DNA of 64,000 nt from the NCBI GenBank assembly GCA_963768855.1, contig CAVYJM010000006.1:384001-448000 (forward strand), written 5' to 3'. Positions 1 to 9,177 of this stretch are shown here, one piece after another. The notes beneath the pieces were generated by a model. It had not been told where the DNA came from, did not search any database, and saw nothing but the letters and a program-made list of their open reading frames with translations. The stretch is from an uncultured Thermoplasmata archaeon (GTDB lineage: Archaea; Thermoplasmatota; Thermoplasmata; RBG-16-68-12). Position numbers and translations under genes: made by a program. Every line of letters starts with the position of its first letter. Position 1 is the stretch's first letter.

Positions 1-2
1 CA

Positions 3-587
3 GTCTGGAAGAAGTTCAACGTCCACGTGCCGCTCCACCCCTTCCTCGGTGTGGTCGGCACCGCGCCGTTCCTGACCGGTTCCTTCAACCCGCTGCCGCC
101 CCGCGAGTGCGGCGGAAACCTCGACTGCAAACACCTCACCGCGGGCGCGAAGCTCTACCTGCCCGTGCACACGAAGGGCGCGCTGCTCTTCCTCGGAGAC
201 CCGCATCTCGCCATGGGGGACGGCGAGGTGTACTCGAGCGCGATCGAGGCGCCCCTCAAGGTGAAGGTGCGCGTGAATGTGCGGAAGGATTTGAAGCACA
301 TCGACCCTCCTGCCTTCGTGGTCGAGAGGGCCCAGGTCCAGGACGTCTTCGACGGCGGCTACATCGGCTTCATGGGCGTCGCCCGGACCTTGGACGAGGC
401 CACGGAGATCGCCGCCCGCAAGGCGCTGGGCTACTTCTGCAAGAAGCTCGGGATGACGCCCGCGGAGGCCGCGATCCTCCTGGGCGTCACGCTCGACCTC
501 ACGATCAGTGAGATACCGGACCTGCCGATGAAGGTCGTCAGCGGCCTCGTGCCGTTCTCGTACTTCCCCGGCGTGTCCTTCCCGTGA
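3..587 (+). CDS. Acetamidase/formamidase family protein (5' truncated by window edge)
   Basis: Frame is open from the window edge. Motifs PRECGGNLD, GAKLYLPV and GDPHLAMGDGEV match the FmdA/AmdA family. Confidence 0.85.
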   Translation, partial: VWKKFNVHVPLHPFLGVVGTAPFLTGSFNPLPPRECGGNLDCKHLTAGAKLYLPVHTKGALLFLGDPHLAMGDGEVYSSAIEAPLKVKVRVNVRKDLKHIDPPAFVVERAQVQDVFDGGYIGFMGVARTLDEATEIAARKALGYFCKKLGMTPAEAAILLGVTLDLTISEIPDLPMKVVSGLVPFSYFPGVSFP

Positions 588-1807
588 AGGAGATGGAAAC
601 CATGGATGCGAAGTACTACATCGGACTGGACGAGACATACGGTGCGCACAACTACCACCCGCTCCCCGTCGTCATCTCGAAGGCGAAGGGCGTCTGGGTG
701 TGGGACGTCGAGGGAAAGAAGTACATCGACATGCTGAGCTCGTACTCGGCGATCAACCAGGGCCACCTGCACCCGCGGATCGTCAAGGCGGCGAAGGACC
801 AGATGGACCGCGTGACGCTGACGTCGCGGGCCTTCTGCAACGACCGGATGGGGCCGTTCCTGAAGAAGCTCTGCGAGGTCACCGGGATGGACGTCGCCCT
901 GCCGATGAACACCGGCGCGGAGGCCGTCGAGACCTCGATCAAGGTGGCCCGTCGCTGGGCGCATCAGACGAAGGGAATCCCGGAGGACGAGGGCGACATC
1001 ATCGTCATGGAGAACAACTTCCACGGCCGCACGACGACCATCATCAGCTTCTCGAGCGATCCCGACTCGAAGGCGGGGTTCGGCCCCTTCACGCCGGGCT
1101 TCGTCATGGTGCCGTACAACGACGTCCGCGCGGTCGAGAAGGCGATCACGCCGAAGACGGTCGGCATCCTGGTCGAGCCGATCCAGGGAGAGGCCGGGAT
1201 CAACATCCCGTCGCCGGGGTACCTCAAGGAGTTGCGCCGCCTCTGCGACGAGCACAAGATCCTCCTCATCCTGGATGAGATCCAGACGGGCTGGGCCCGC
1301 ACCGGGAAGATGTTCGCGTTCGAGCACGAGGGGATCAAGCCCGACGTGCTCTGCGTCGGCAAGGCGCTCGGCGGCGGTCTCTACCCGGTGTCCGCGTCGC
1401 TGGCCCGCAAGGACATCATGGCCGTGTTCACCCCCGGGAGTCACGGGAGCACGTTCGGCGGCAACCCCTTGGCCGCGGCGATCGGCGAGGCCGCGATCGA
1501 CGTCCTCGTCGAGGAGAAGCTCGCGGAGAACGCGGCGAAGATGGGGGCCTACTTCGCGAAGCGGCTCGGGGAGATCCGGAACCCGAAGATCAAGGAGATC
1601 CGCCAGAAGGGCCTCCTGATTGGCGTGGAGTTCCACCTCGGGAAGGACGAGACCGTGCGGCCGATCTGCGAGAAGCTCATGGCAAAGGGGGTCCTTGCGA
1701 AGGACACGCACGAGAAGACGGTACGCTTCGCTCCGCCGCTCGTCATCACGAAGGAGGACATCGACTGGGCCATCGAGCGGATCAAGCCCGTGTTCGAGAC
1801 CACCTAG
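584..1807 (+). CDS. rocD: Ornithine--oxo-acid transaminase
   Basis: YGAHNYHPLPVV N-terminus, MNTGAEAVET, EPIQGEAG, DEIQTG, GKALGGG (PLP lysine), HGSTFGGNPLA. Overlaps the upstream stop by 4 nt. Confidence 0.93.
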   Translation: MKEMETMDAKYYIGLDETYGAHNYHPLPVVISKAKGVWVWDVEGKKYIDMLSSYSAINQGHLHPRIVKAAKDQMDRVTLTSRAFCNDRMGPFLKKLCEVTGMDVALPMNTGAEAVETSIKVARRWAHQTKGIPEDEGDIIVMENNFHGRTTTIISFSSDPDSKAGFGPFTPGFVMVPYNDVRAVEKAITPKTVGILVEPIQGEAGINIPSPGYLKELRRLCDEHKILLILDEIQTGWARTGKMFAFEHEGIKPDVLCVGKALGGGLYPVSASLARKDIMAVFTPGSHGSTFGGNPLAAAIGEAAIDVLVEEKLAENAAKMGAYFAKRLGEIRNPKIKEIRQKGLLIGVEFHLGKDETVRPICEKLMAKGVLAKDTHEKTVRFAPPLVITKEDIDWAIERIKPVFETT

Positions 1808-1820
1808 GAGACCGGGCCCA

Positions 1821-2438
1821 TCAAGCCGGTCCGATGCGGAAGATCCGCCACGCGTTCCATGCGGCCCAGCCCAAACCCGCGAACACGGTGAAATGCTCGA
1901 GGGCGTTCGACACGGTCCCGCCCGCGATCGGCGCGTTCGCGACGCTCTCGAACAGGACGGTGACGATGAAGAGCAGGGCGAACCCGCTCGCCACGACGGA
2001 CAGGATGCCCGACACCTTCCCGTAGCGCGGGTCGCGCCACATCGCGACCGCGTAGTGGCTAATCGCCATCATGAAGAGGAGGAAGAACAGGGCGGAGAAG
2101 ATGAAGTGCAGGTTGTAGGGCGACTCCTCGTGGAACACGCCGAGGAGGATCAGGAAGACGGCCGCGAGGGAGAGCAGGTACGTCCCGACGCGGCGCATCC
2201 AGAGCCGCATCCCCGCCCCGAGGGCCCACGCGTACGGCAGGAAGAACAGGCCCGCGAGGATGCAGGCGGAGTTGAAGGCCCATGACGCCGGCGCGCTCGG
2301 GTTCCCGAGGTCGCTCAGGCGGTTCCCCGTGATCGTGTAGCCGGGCGTCGAGAGGGCGGCGACGAGGTACAGGGCGACCCAGGAGGCGACCGCGGCCCCG
2401 CCGAACAGGGCGCCCGTCCGCGTCTCGATCCGCACCAC
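1821..2438 (-). CDS. DUF998-like multi-pass membrane protein
   Basis: PGYTITGNRLSDLG motif followed by about 5 hydrophobic helices. Confidence 0.75.
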   Translation of the reverse strand: MVRIETRTGALFGGAAVASWVALYLVAALSTPGYTITGNRLSDLGNPSAPASWAFNSACILAGLFFLPYAWALGAGMRLWMRRVGTYLLSLAAVFLILLGVFHEESPYNLHFIFSALFFLLFMMAISHYAVAMWRDPRYGKVSGILSVVASGFALLFIVTVLFESVANAPIAGGTVSNALEHFTVFAGLGWAAWNAWRIFRIGPA

Positions 2439-2545
2439 GGGATTCGCGATGCGCCGTGCGCGGTTAATGCTTGCTCTCCGCCCCCCCGCCGCCGAAACGT
2501 TTATGGCCGTCGAACCGGTCAGGCGGGCCCACTGAGGTTTCCTTC

Positions 2546-3025
2546 ATGGCGGAGAAACTTGATGTCCTCGTCGACGGAGGCAAGGCCACGCCCGGCGCGC
2601 CCTTGGGCCCCGCCCTCGGCCCCCTCGGCGTGAACATCGTCGAGATCATCAAGGCGATCAACGAGAAGACGAAGGCCTTCGAGGGGATGAAGGTCCCCGT
2701 CACCCTCGTCGTCGACCCGAAGACGAAGGCCTACACGATCACGGTCGGCACGCCGCCGACCTCCGCGCTGATCACGAAGGAGCTCGGGATCGAGAAGGGC
2801 TCCGGCGACGCGGGCAAGACGCGCGTCGGCAACATGACCCTCGCCCAGGCGATCAAGGTCGCGAAGATGAAGGAGGGCGTCATGCAGGGGAAGACGCTCA
2901 AGTCCCGCGTCCTCGAGGTCGTCGGCACGGCCGTCTCGATGGGCGTGAGCGTCGAGGGCAAGCCCGCGAAGGAGACGGCCAAGGAGATCAAGGCGGGCAA
3001 GTTCGACGCGAAGCTCGCCGGATAG
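2546..3025 (+). CDS. rpl11: 50S ribosomal protein L11 (archaeal)
   Basis: GGKATPGAPLGPALGPLGVNI and VGTPPTSALI motifs. ATG at 2546 follows TGAGGT. Confidence 0.97.
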   Translation: MAEKLDVLVDGGKATPGAPLGPALGPLGVNIVEIIKAINEKTKAFEGMKVPVTLVVDPKTKAYTITVGTPPTSALITKELGIEKGSGDAGKTRVGNMTLAQAIKVAKMKEGVMQGKTLKSRVLEVVGTAVSMGVSVEGKPAKETAKEIKAGKFDAKLAG

Positions 3026-3055
3026 TCCTCCTGCGCCAGGCGGTCGTTCCATTCC

Positions 3056-4501
3056 CTAGAGCGGGGCTGGCTCCGTCTCCGCGTAGGGGCGGAGCAAGGC
3101 GTCGCCCTTCTCCCGGATGTCCCGGTCCAGCGGCTCGACCTGGTGTTCGCGGAGCGTCTTCCGCACGACCTCCCGCGCGTCCGCCACCATCCGATCCGAC
3201 ATCGTCGCCCCGTAGGTCTGGGCCTTCTTGTTCCGGAAGAAGAGCTGGCTTCGGAAGTTCTTCGTCGTGTGGGGATGGCTGAGGAACGAGCCCCCGGGGC
3301 CGACCTCGCGGATCACGTCCAGGGACGCGGTCGTCTCGTCCACGGAGAAGTGCCTCATGTACGCGCGGAAGTCCTCCCAGTTGACCGCATCGATGACCAT
3401 CTGCTCCAGGGAGCAGCCTGCGTCGAGGTTGAGCCCGCCGATCCCGGAGCACAGGTCCGTCCCCGACATGGTCGTGAGCATGAGGGCCGCGAGTTCGCCG
3501 AAGGGGATGTCCACGCCCGGGCGGGGTGCGTCGACCCCGATGATGCCCGTCATTCGCGGCAAGCCGTACCGCCGCGCCATCTGGGCCGCCGCCGCGAAGA
3601 TCATGGGCGCCTCCGGCCCGCGGTACCCAATGTAACCCGAAGCCATGTCCGCCATCGTGGCCTCGGAGCAGTAGATGTGCGGCGCCCCGGACGCGGCGGT
3701 CTGCGTGATCACGAGGCTCGCGAGGGCCTCGGCATTCAGGGTGACGATCGTCCCGGCGAGGGTGACAGGCGCGGTGATCCCGCCCATGGCCATGGACATG
3801 CCGATGACCGGGATGCCCGCCCGCGCGTACTCGATCTGCGCCTCGACCGCGCCGGTCTCGAAGGAGAGCGGTGCGATGGGACAGCTCAGGACGGAGAACA
3901 GCGGGTGCTTCTTCAGCGCCTCCCTTCCTCCCGCCACGAGGGCCCCGAGGGCGATCTGGATCTTCGCGTCGGGCACGCCCAGCGTCCCCGATCCCGCGGA
4001 GCCGAGGATGTGCTTCGTCGTGTTCTGGAGGCACACCCAGAGTTCGTTCGCGAACTGCGCATGGGCCGGCACGTCCGACGTCGTCACGAGCGGCCAGACC
4101 GCGTCGATCGGGTCGAGCGCATCCGCGAGGCGCGCGATGTCCGCGAGGTCCTTCGTGGTCGCGGGGCGCGGCTTCCCGGTCTCCAAATCGGTGATGGAGA
4201 GGGTCACGCCGCCCGTGGACACGTACGGCGGGCCGCTCACCGGGATTCGGAGGTCGCGGTGCGGGTCCCGGGCGCCGAGGACGAAGGACTTCGGTGCCGT
4301 GAGGATCGAACTGGCCACGAGGGCCTCCGGGAGTTTCACGAGCTCCGTGCTGCGGCCGATCTGGGCGCCCGCGTCCGCGAGCATCTTCCGGACGCTCGCG
4401 CTGTGGACGAGCACGCCCACCGACTCGAGGCACTCCACGCTCTGCGCGTGGATGAGATCCTCTTCCGCCTTGTCCAGGAACCGGAGACCTAAGACCGCCA
4501 T
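3056..4501 (-). CDS. Trimethylamine methyltransferase (MttB) superfamily protein, non-pyrrolysine
   Basis: LESVGVLV N-terminus, PVTLAGTIV, ARRYGLP, SLEQMVID and GPGGSFLSHPHT. No in-frame TAG. The ORF-track extension to 5194 is not supported. Confidence 0.88.
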   Translation of the reverse strand: MAVLGLRFLDKAEEDLIHAQSVECLESVGVLVHSASVRKMLADAGAQIGRSTELVKLPEALVASSILTAPKSFVLGARDPHRDLRIPVSGPPYVSTGGVTLSITDLETGKPRPATTKDLADIARLADALDPIDAVWPLVTTSDVPAHAQFANELWVCLQNTTKHILGSAGSGTLGVPDAKIQIALGALVAGGREALKKHPLFSVLSCPIAPLSFETGAVEAQIEYARAGIPVIGMSMAMGGITAPVTLAGTIVTLNAEALASLVITQTAASGAPHIYCSEATMADMASGYIGYRGPEAPMIFAAAAQMARRYGLPRMTGIIGVDAPRPGVDIPFGELAALMLTTMSGTDLCSGIGGLNLDAGCSLEQMVIDAVNWEDFRAYMRHFSVDETTASLDVIREVGPGGSFLSHPHTTKNFRSQLFFRNKKAQTYGATMSDRMVADAREVVRKTLREHQVEPLDRDIREKGDALLRPYAETEPAPL

Positions 4502-4654
4502 GGGATATCCCTGCGCTGCGCGGGGTAGCCGTCTGGGGGGCTTCATGGCTGAGTAAGGGGTGTAACGACTTTCACGCCCAGGGAAAGGGTACAGGGTGGG
4601 GTGATCCATGCGCTTGAGGCGAAGGGTCAAGCGCCGCTCTCTGTTCGTCACGAC

Positions 4655-5089
4655 ATGGCCCTCGAACTCAGCGCCGTGATCCCTGCGACCCCGGACCAGG
4701 TGTTCTCCATCCTCTCGGACCTGAACCAGGCCCGGGAATGGATGCCCGCGATCCAGAGGATCGAACGCTTGGACGACAAGCCGTTCGGCGTCGGGACGTC
4801 TTGGCGGGAGACGCGCCAGGCCGGCAAGCGGACGATGGAGTCGACGATCCACGTGGTCGCCTGCGAGCGCGGGTCGCGAATCGGGCTCCGCGTGGAGTCC
4901 TCCGCCATGGAAGGCGACATGGAGTTCCTCCTGAAGCCCACAGGGCCCGGGACAGAGGTGCAGTACCGCGCCCAAATGAAGGGCCGCGGGGTCATGCGGC
5001 TCATGGGCGGCACGATCAACAGGATGATGGCCGAGGAGGACGCGGACCTCCTCATGCGGCTCGAGAAGCAGGTCTCGAAGAACCGCTGA
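4655..5089 (+). CDS. SRPBCC/START-family (polyketide cyclase-like) protein
   Basis: IPATPDQVF...WMP...GVGTSWRETR pattern. Confidence 0.8.
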   Translation: MALELSAVIPATPDQVFSILSDLNQAREWMPAIQRIERLDDKPFGVGTSWRETRQAGKRTMESTIHVVACERGSRIGLRVESSAMEGDMEFLLKPTGPGTEVQYRAQMKGRGVMRLMGGTINRMMAEEDADLLMRLEKQVSKNR

Positions 5090-5118
5090 TGCGATCCCGC
5101 CTCCGGCCGCGGGACGGC

Positions 5119-5613
5119 TCAGTGGTCTTCCGTCGTGTCGTACTTCTCCGATTCCGACCTCAAGTCGTAGGGTCTCCACTCGTAGGGCCACCACATCACC
5201 GCCGCGATCGTCATCATAACGGCCCCAACCTGGAAGAGGACGAAGTTCATGAGCGACCCAGGTTTGGCCTGGAGGACGGCGCCCTCCATGGAGAATCCCA
5301 CGACGAAGACGATTAGGGCGATGGTCGCCACGACCTCATCCTCAAGGGGGTGCTTGGTGTGGGTGACCGGGTGGCGGTCTACCGGGCCGCCAACGGCTCG
5401 GTTGCTCGTGCGCGCACGCTTCCGCAGGGCCCGACGGCGACGCGCCTCCAGGTAGATGGCCGCGTCGACGAAGCCCACGACGACGAGGCCCGCCGGTCCG
5501 ATCCAATAGGGAATGGCGAATTGCAGGAGAAACAGGAGGAGGATTCCCAGGGTAATGCCGCCTACGACCCCGGCGGCGCGCAGCCGCCCCCAGAAGCTCC
5601 GCCTTCGCGCCAC
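5119..5613 (-). CDS. Hypothetical membrane protein (about 4 TM)
   Basis: Two pairs of hydrophobic segments. The start is uncertain (GTG 5613 or TTG 5628). Confidence 0.55.
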   Translation of the reverse strand: MARRRSFWGRLRAAGVVGGITLGILLLFLLQFAIPYWIGPAGLVVVGFVDAAIYLEARRRRALRKRARTSNRAVGGPVDRHPVTHTKHPLEDEVVATIALIVFVVGFSMEGAVLQAKPGSLMNFVLFQVGAVMMTIAAVMWWPYEWRPYDLRSESEKYDTTEDH

Positions 5614-5700
5614 AGGTGAGCCAAGCACGCTTAAGCGGATAGAGATTTCCGGGGAACTCCTCGCTGCGCGGGATCAAGACGGCGGCCTCGCTCACGCGGT

Positions 5701-5748
5701 AGGGAATGAAAAGGAAGGGTCGAAAGAAAAGGGAGAAGGGTTCAAAGG
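5701..5748 (-). terminator. Pyrimidine/T-rich putative archaeal terminator
   Basis: Minus strand reads CCTTTGAACCCTTCTCCCTTTTCTTTCGACCCTTCCTTTTCATTCCCT, about 40 nt after the stop of the 42-aa ORF. Confidence 0.5.
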
Positions 5749-5787
5749 ACGGCCGGTTCCGGTACTATGTGCTCGCGTCAGAGGACA

Positions 5788-5916
5788 TCACGACTCCTTG
5801 AGCGAGCGGCGCTCCAATCCGAACGCCCGCCGGTCCGAATCAAAGATCCGGTTCGGGTATTCGGATGGAAGCACCTGGTGGCGCCGGAACAGTTCAAGTT
5901 CGAGCACACCGGGCAA
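5788..5916 (-). CDS. Small 42-aa protein of unknown function
   Basis: TTG start preceded by a perfect GGAGGTGA ribosome-binding site (5921-5928) and followed by a T-rich terminator. Confidence 0.55.
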   Translation of the reverse strand: MPGVLELELFRRHQVLPSEYPNRIFDSDRRAFGLERRSLKES

Positions 5917-6161
5917 CTTCTCACCTCCCTTTTCCTGGTTCACACTAGTGCAGACCCCGACGTCGGGGCCGGATGAGATGGAGGACGCGTTCGAGATCAC
6001 GGAGGATTCCTTTCCCTGTTCGGCGACCCTTCCTTGGGAGCCGCCCCTATTTCAATCCTTGTCAGCGACTCTTCCGAATGGACAAAGCCGCCTCCCACAA
6101 CGGTATATGGATGCCCGTTTCCGGCCACCCATTCCCCGGTACAGCGTCGGCCGGGCAGGGG

Positions 6162-6983
6162 TCAGGGTTCGGGCGCGCGGGCGACCTTCATCTCGCGGCC
6201 GGCGTCCTCGCCGACGTGCTCGAGCATCGCCTCGAGCTGGATCCGGACGAAGTCCATGTCCCCGACCCACAGCCCCTGGATCTTGTCGCTCACGAGGACG
6301 CCATCGCGGTAGAAGGAGTTCACGATGAAGACCTCCTGGTCGCTCGGGAAGACGTAGCTGTGGGCGAGGCGGGTCTTCGGCAGGGGCCGGTCGGGGAAGC
6401 GGAACGAGACGCGGACGTTGCGGCCCAGGATGGCGCCGAGCTCGGGCAGGTCCTTCTTGTTCCCTTCGTTCAGGACGACGCGCACGACGCGCCGCGACCG
6501 GCTCAGGGCGTCGAACAGGAGTCGGAGGACCTCGGGGGCCACGGGGAACGGGCAGACGCAGAGGATCTGGTTCGTGCTCGACAGCACGATCTCCCGCATC
6601 TTTCGGCCGATGCCCTCCGCACCCTTGTAGATCCAGAGGTCCCCGTCCGTCTCCCGCGCGTGCGGGACGGCGGGCTCGCGGAGCGTGGCGACGAGCTCCG
6701 AGGCGGCGGACAAGTCGTCCGTCCGGACCTGGCGGGCCTCCTCCGCGACGATCCGCGGCGCCCGAGCTCGGTAGCGGTTGGGCCGCTCCTGCGAGACCTC
6801 GATCCACCCCTTCGTCTGGAGGGACTGAAGGATGCGGTAGACTGCGGGATACTGCACCTCCAGCAACGCGCTGACTTGCTGCGCCGTCGACACGCCGTTC
6901 CGCAGCAGGGCCAGATAGGCCCGGGCCTCTTTCCCGGTGAGGCCGAGGGCCTCGAAGGCCCTCGTCGCTTCCTCCTCTCGCAC
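6162..6983 (-). CDS. TrmB-family transcriptional regulator
   Basis: LGLTGKEARAYLALL...VYRILQSLQTKGWIEV...PNRYRA wHTH, followed by a C-terminal effector domain (IYKGAEGI...IVLSSTNQI). Confidence 0.88.
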   Translation of the reverse strand: MREEEATRAFEALGLTGKEARAYLALLRNGVSTAQQVSALLEVQYPAVYRILQSLQTKGWIEVSQERPNRYRARAPRIVAEEARQVRTDDLSAASELVATLREPAVPHARETDGDLWIYKGAEGIGRKMREIVLSSTNQILCVCPFPVAPEVLRLLFDALSRSRRVVRVVLNEGNKKDLPELGAILGRNVRVSFRFPDRPLPKTRLAHSYVFPSDQEVFIVNSFYRDGVLVSDKIQGLWVGDMDFVRIQLEAMLEHVGEDAGREMKVARAPEP

Positions 6984-7296
6984 GACGGACCATGGGGAGG
7001 CCCGATACAAAAGGCTTCGCGTTCTTATCATTGCCCGGCTGATAATGCGCGGCGTCCGCGTTGGCGGGGCGGTTCATCCGTCGCGAGAAGATGCAGCGAT
7101 AGGGACGAGGTCTCCTTTGACGAGGCGTTCAGTCCCTCCGCTTCCTTTCGGGCGTTCATGCAGGGGGCCAGCCGGGGGCGACTCGGAGCCCCTGCAGCAT
7201 GCAGGCTCCGACTGTTTCGGTCAACCTAAATCCTGAGAATTGTGTTCGCCACGTATATATCTCCGAGGGCGACATGGACCGACCGGCAACGAAGGG

Positions 7297-7734
7297 ATGC
7301 CTTTGGACCTGGTGATCCTTGGATTCGAGATCGCGTTCGAGGGCAGCCTGGTCGGCGTGGGCGTCCTCCTGCTCGCGACGTTCCTGGCCTTCGCTCGGAT
7401 GAACAAGGACGTCCGTCGTGCTCGCATGTTCATCATGGCGGACCGCGTGAAGCGGTTCCTCGGGGCGTTCACCCTTGGCTTCCTGGCCATCGCTGCGGAT
7501 TCGATCTTCTCGATCGCCGGCTTCCCCGCTCCGCCGGCGGTTTCCGTCAGCGTCATCTTCGTGTTCCTTGCGTCCATCGTCTTTGGGAGTCTCGAGCTGT
7601 TCCTGATCGTGCGGCCACCGCGCTCGCGGTTGCGCTCGCTGCGGCCGGCGATCGGCCGTCGGGGCGGATCGCGTGCTCGCGAGGCGGCGTCGTCCGAGGA
7701 CCCGCCCGAAGGAGAGACCCATGCCGCGCGGTGA
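7297..7734 (+). CDS. Hypothetical membrane protein (about 3 TM)
   Basis: Three hydrophobic segments and a basic C-terminal tail. Overlaps the start of the next gene by 14 nt. Confidence 0.65.
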   Translation: MPLDLVILGFEIAFEGSLVGVGVLLLATFLAFARMNKDVRRARMFIMADRVKRFLGAFTLGFLAIAADSIFSIAGFPAPPAVSVSVIFVFLASIVFGSLELFLIVRPPRSRLRSLRPAIGRRGGSRAREAASSEDPPEGETHAAR

Positions 7735-8549
7735 GGTCGAGGACGCGCACGAAACCGTCTCGACGGGAGAGGAGCCCGCGCTCGAGAACCAGCTCGAGCA
7801 GATTCTCCTCCAGCTCCGGCGACGGGCCCGCGGGGTGCGGGGCTCGGTCATCGCCGACGCGAACGGGCTCGCGGTGGCCGGGGACATCCGGGGCGGCATG
7901 AGCTCCGGCGTGCTCTCGGCGATGAGCACCCTCATCGCGCAGTCGGCGGGGGGCGTCTTCGAGAACCTGAGCATGCCGAACCCCGATTTCATCCTCATGG
8001 AGGCCCCTCTCGCCAACGTCGCGGTCATCACGATGTCCGGCGGGGAGCTCAGCCTCCTCGCGCTCGTGGACAAGGCGACGAACCTGGGGGTCCTGAAGAT
8101 CGAGATGAAGCGGGCCGCACGCGGGATCGCGGAAGCCCTCGGCCTCGCCTTCGGCGGCCGGGCGGACATCTCCGAGCTCTTCGTCCTCCACAAGAGCGGC
8201 CTCCTCCTCCGCCACTACTCCGATTCCCTGCAGGACCGACATCGACCGCGACATCCTCGGCGGGATGCTCGTCGGGGTGCAGGACTTCGTGAAGCAGACC
8301 CTCGCGACGAAGGAGGGCAGTCTGGACCAGATGCGGTACGGCGACTACACGATCTTCTTCGTGCGCGGCACGGACGTGATCGCGGCCGCGGTGGTCCGGG
8401 AGGGCGACGCCGAGAGCGTCCAGTATCAGGTCATGGACGCGCTCCAGGAGTTCGAGGAGCGCTACCGGACGACCCTGAAGTCGTGGACGGGGGACGCGAA
8501 CGCCTTCCCGGGCATCGACGCGTGCTTCGAGAAAGTCCTGCGGGCCTGA
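7721..8549 (+). CDS. Roadblock/LC7 (MglB-like) domain fused to a longin-like domain; +1 frameshift near 8231
   Basis: N-half GVRGSVIADANGLAVA...LSAMSTLI...NLGVLKIEMKRAA is roadblock-like. C-half ELFVLHKSGLLL...DILGGMLVGVQDFV...FEERY...WTG continues in the next frame after CTGCAGGACC. Confidence 0.8.
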
Positions 8550-8570
8550 AGGACGCCCTCGGCTCCGCGG

Positions 8571-9023
8571 CTACGGGGCTGGCGTGAGGCCTGCATCACA
8601 CGGCGGATTCGGACAAGCCATGATCTCCTGCTGGATGAGCCAGACCGTCACCCCGGTCTGGGGACACTGCGTCACTTGGATGGACTGCATCATCCCCGGC
8701 CCCCACGTGACGGCTACGTGCTTGGTGGTGTTGGAGTGGACGAGCTGGTTCGTGTCTCCCGTCCAATCGCCCGTGTAGGCCACGGACGCCACCACGTCGG
8801 TCCAGTACGTGCTCGTGAGGTTGAACTGGAGGACGCCCTGCAGGTAGGGCGGTTGTGACGACAGGCCGCACGAAAACCCGACGCCGGAAAGCTCCAAGTC
8901 TTGTGCGAATCGGTTGATCGTCGGCGGGCCTGCGGGCCTTTGCAGCGTATACCCGATGAGGAAACCTCCCAATCCCGACAGCACGAGGGCCCCAACGACG
9001 GCTAGAACGACGAGTCCCTTCAC
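8571..9023 (-). CDS. Small membrane-anchored or secreted hypothetical protein
   Basis: N-terminal hydrophobic anchor, beta-rich body and 4 Cys. Confidence 0.6.
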   Translation of the reverse strand: MKGLVVLAVVGALVLSGLGGFLIGYTLQRPAGPPTINRFAQDLELSGVGFSCGLSSQPPYLQGVLQFNLTSTYWTDVVASVAYTGDWTGDTNQLVHSNTTKHVAVTWGPGMMQSIQVTQCPQTGVTVWLIQQEIMACPNPPCDAGLTPAP

Positions 9024-9177
9024 GCAAGCATGCCTCCACCGCTGTATTGCCTGACCCGGCTTTAGGTCCGCGGGTCCGGCGGTCCGCTCCGCAAAACCTT
9101 AATAAGGGTCGGCTCTTTCGTCGGCTTCCCTCTGCAGGAGGCCGCGATGGCCGTCTGCACTGCAGGAGGCGACATCC

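Noticed and set aside
3056-5194. 712-aa ORF, or pyrrolysine recoding in the MttB homolog
   Set aside because: The extension beyond 4501 is antisense to the SRPBCC gene, and the MttB frame has no internal TAG.
5640-5670. GAGGAGTTCCCC on the minus strand resembling the RNase P RNA P4 motif
   Set aside because: The match is imperfect and no complementary 3' P4 segment was found downstream.
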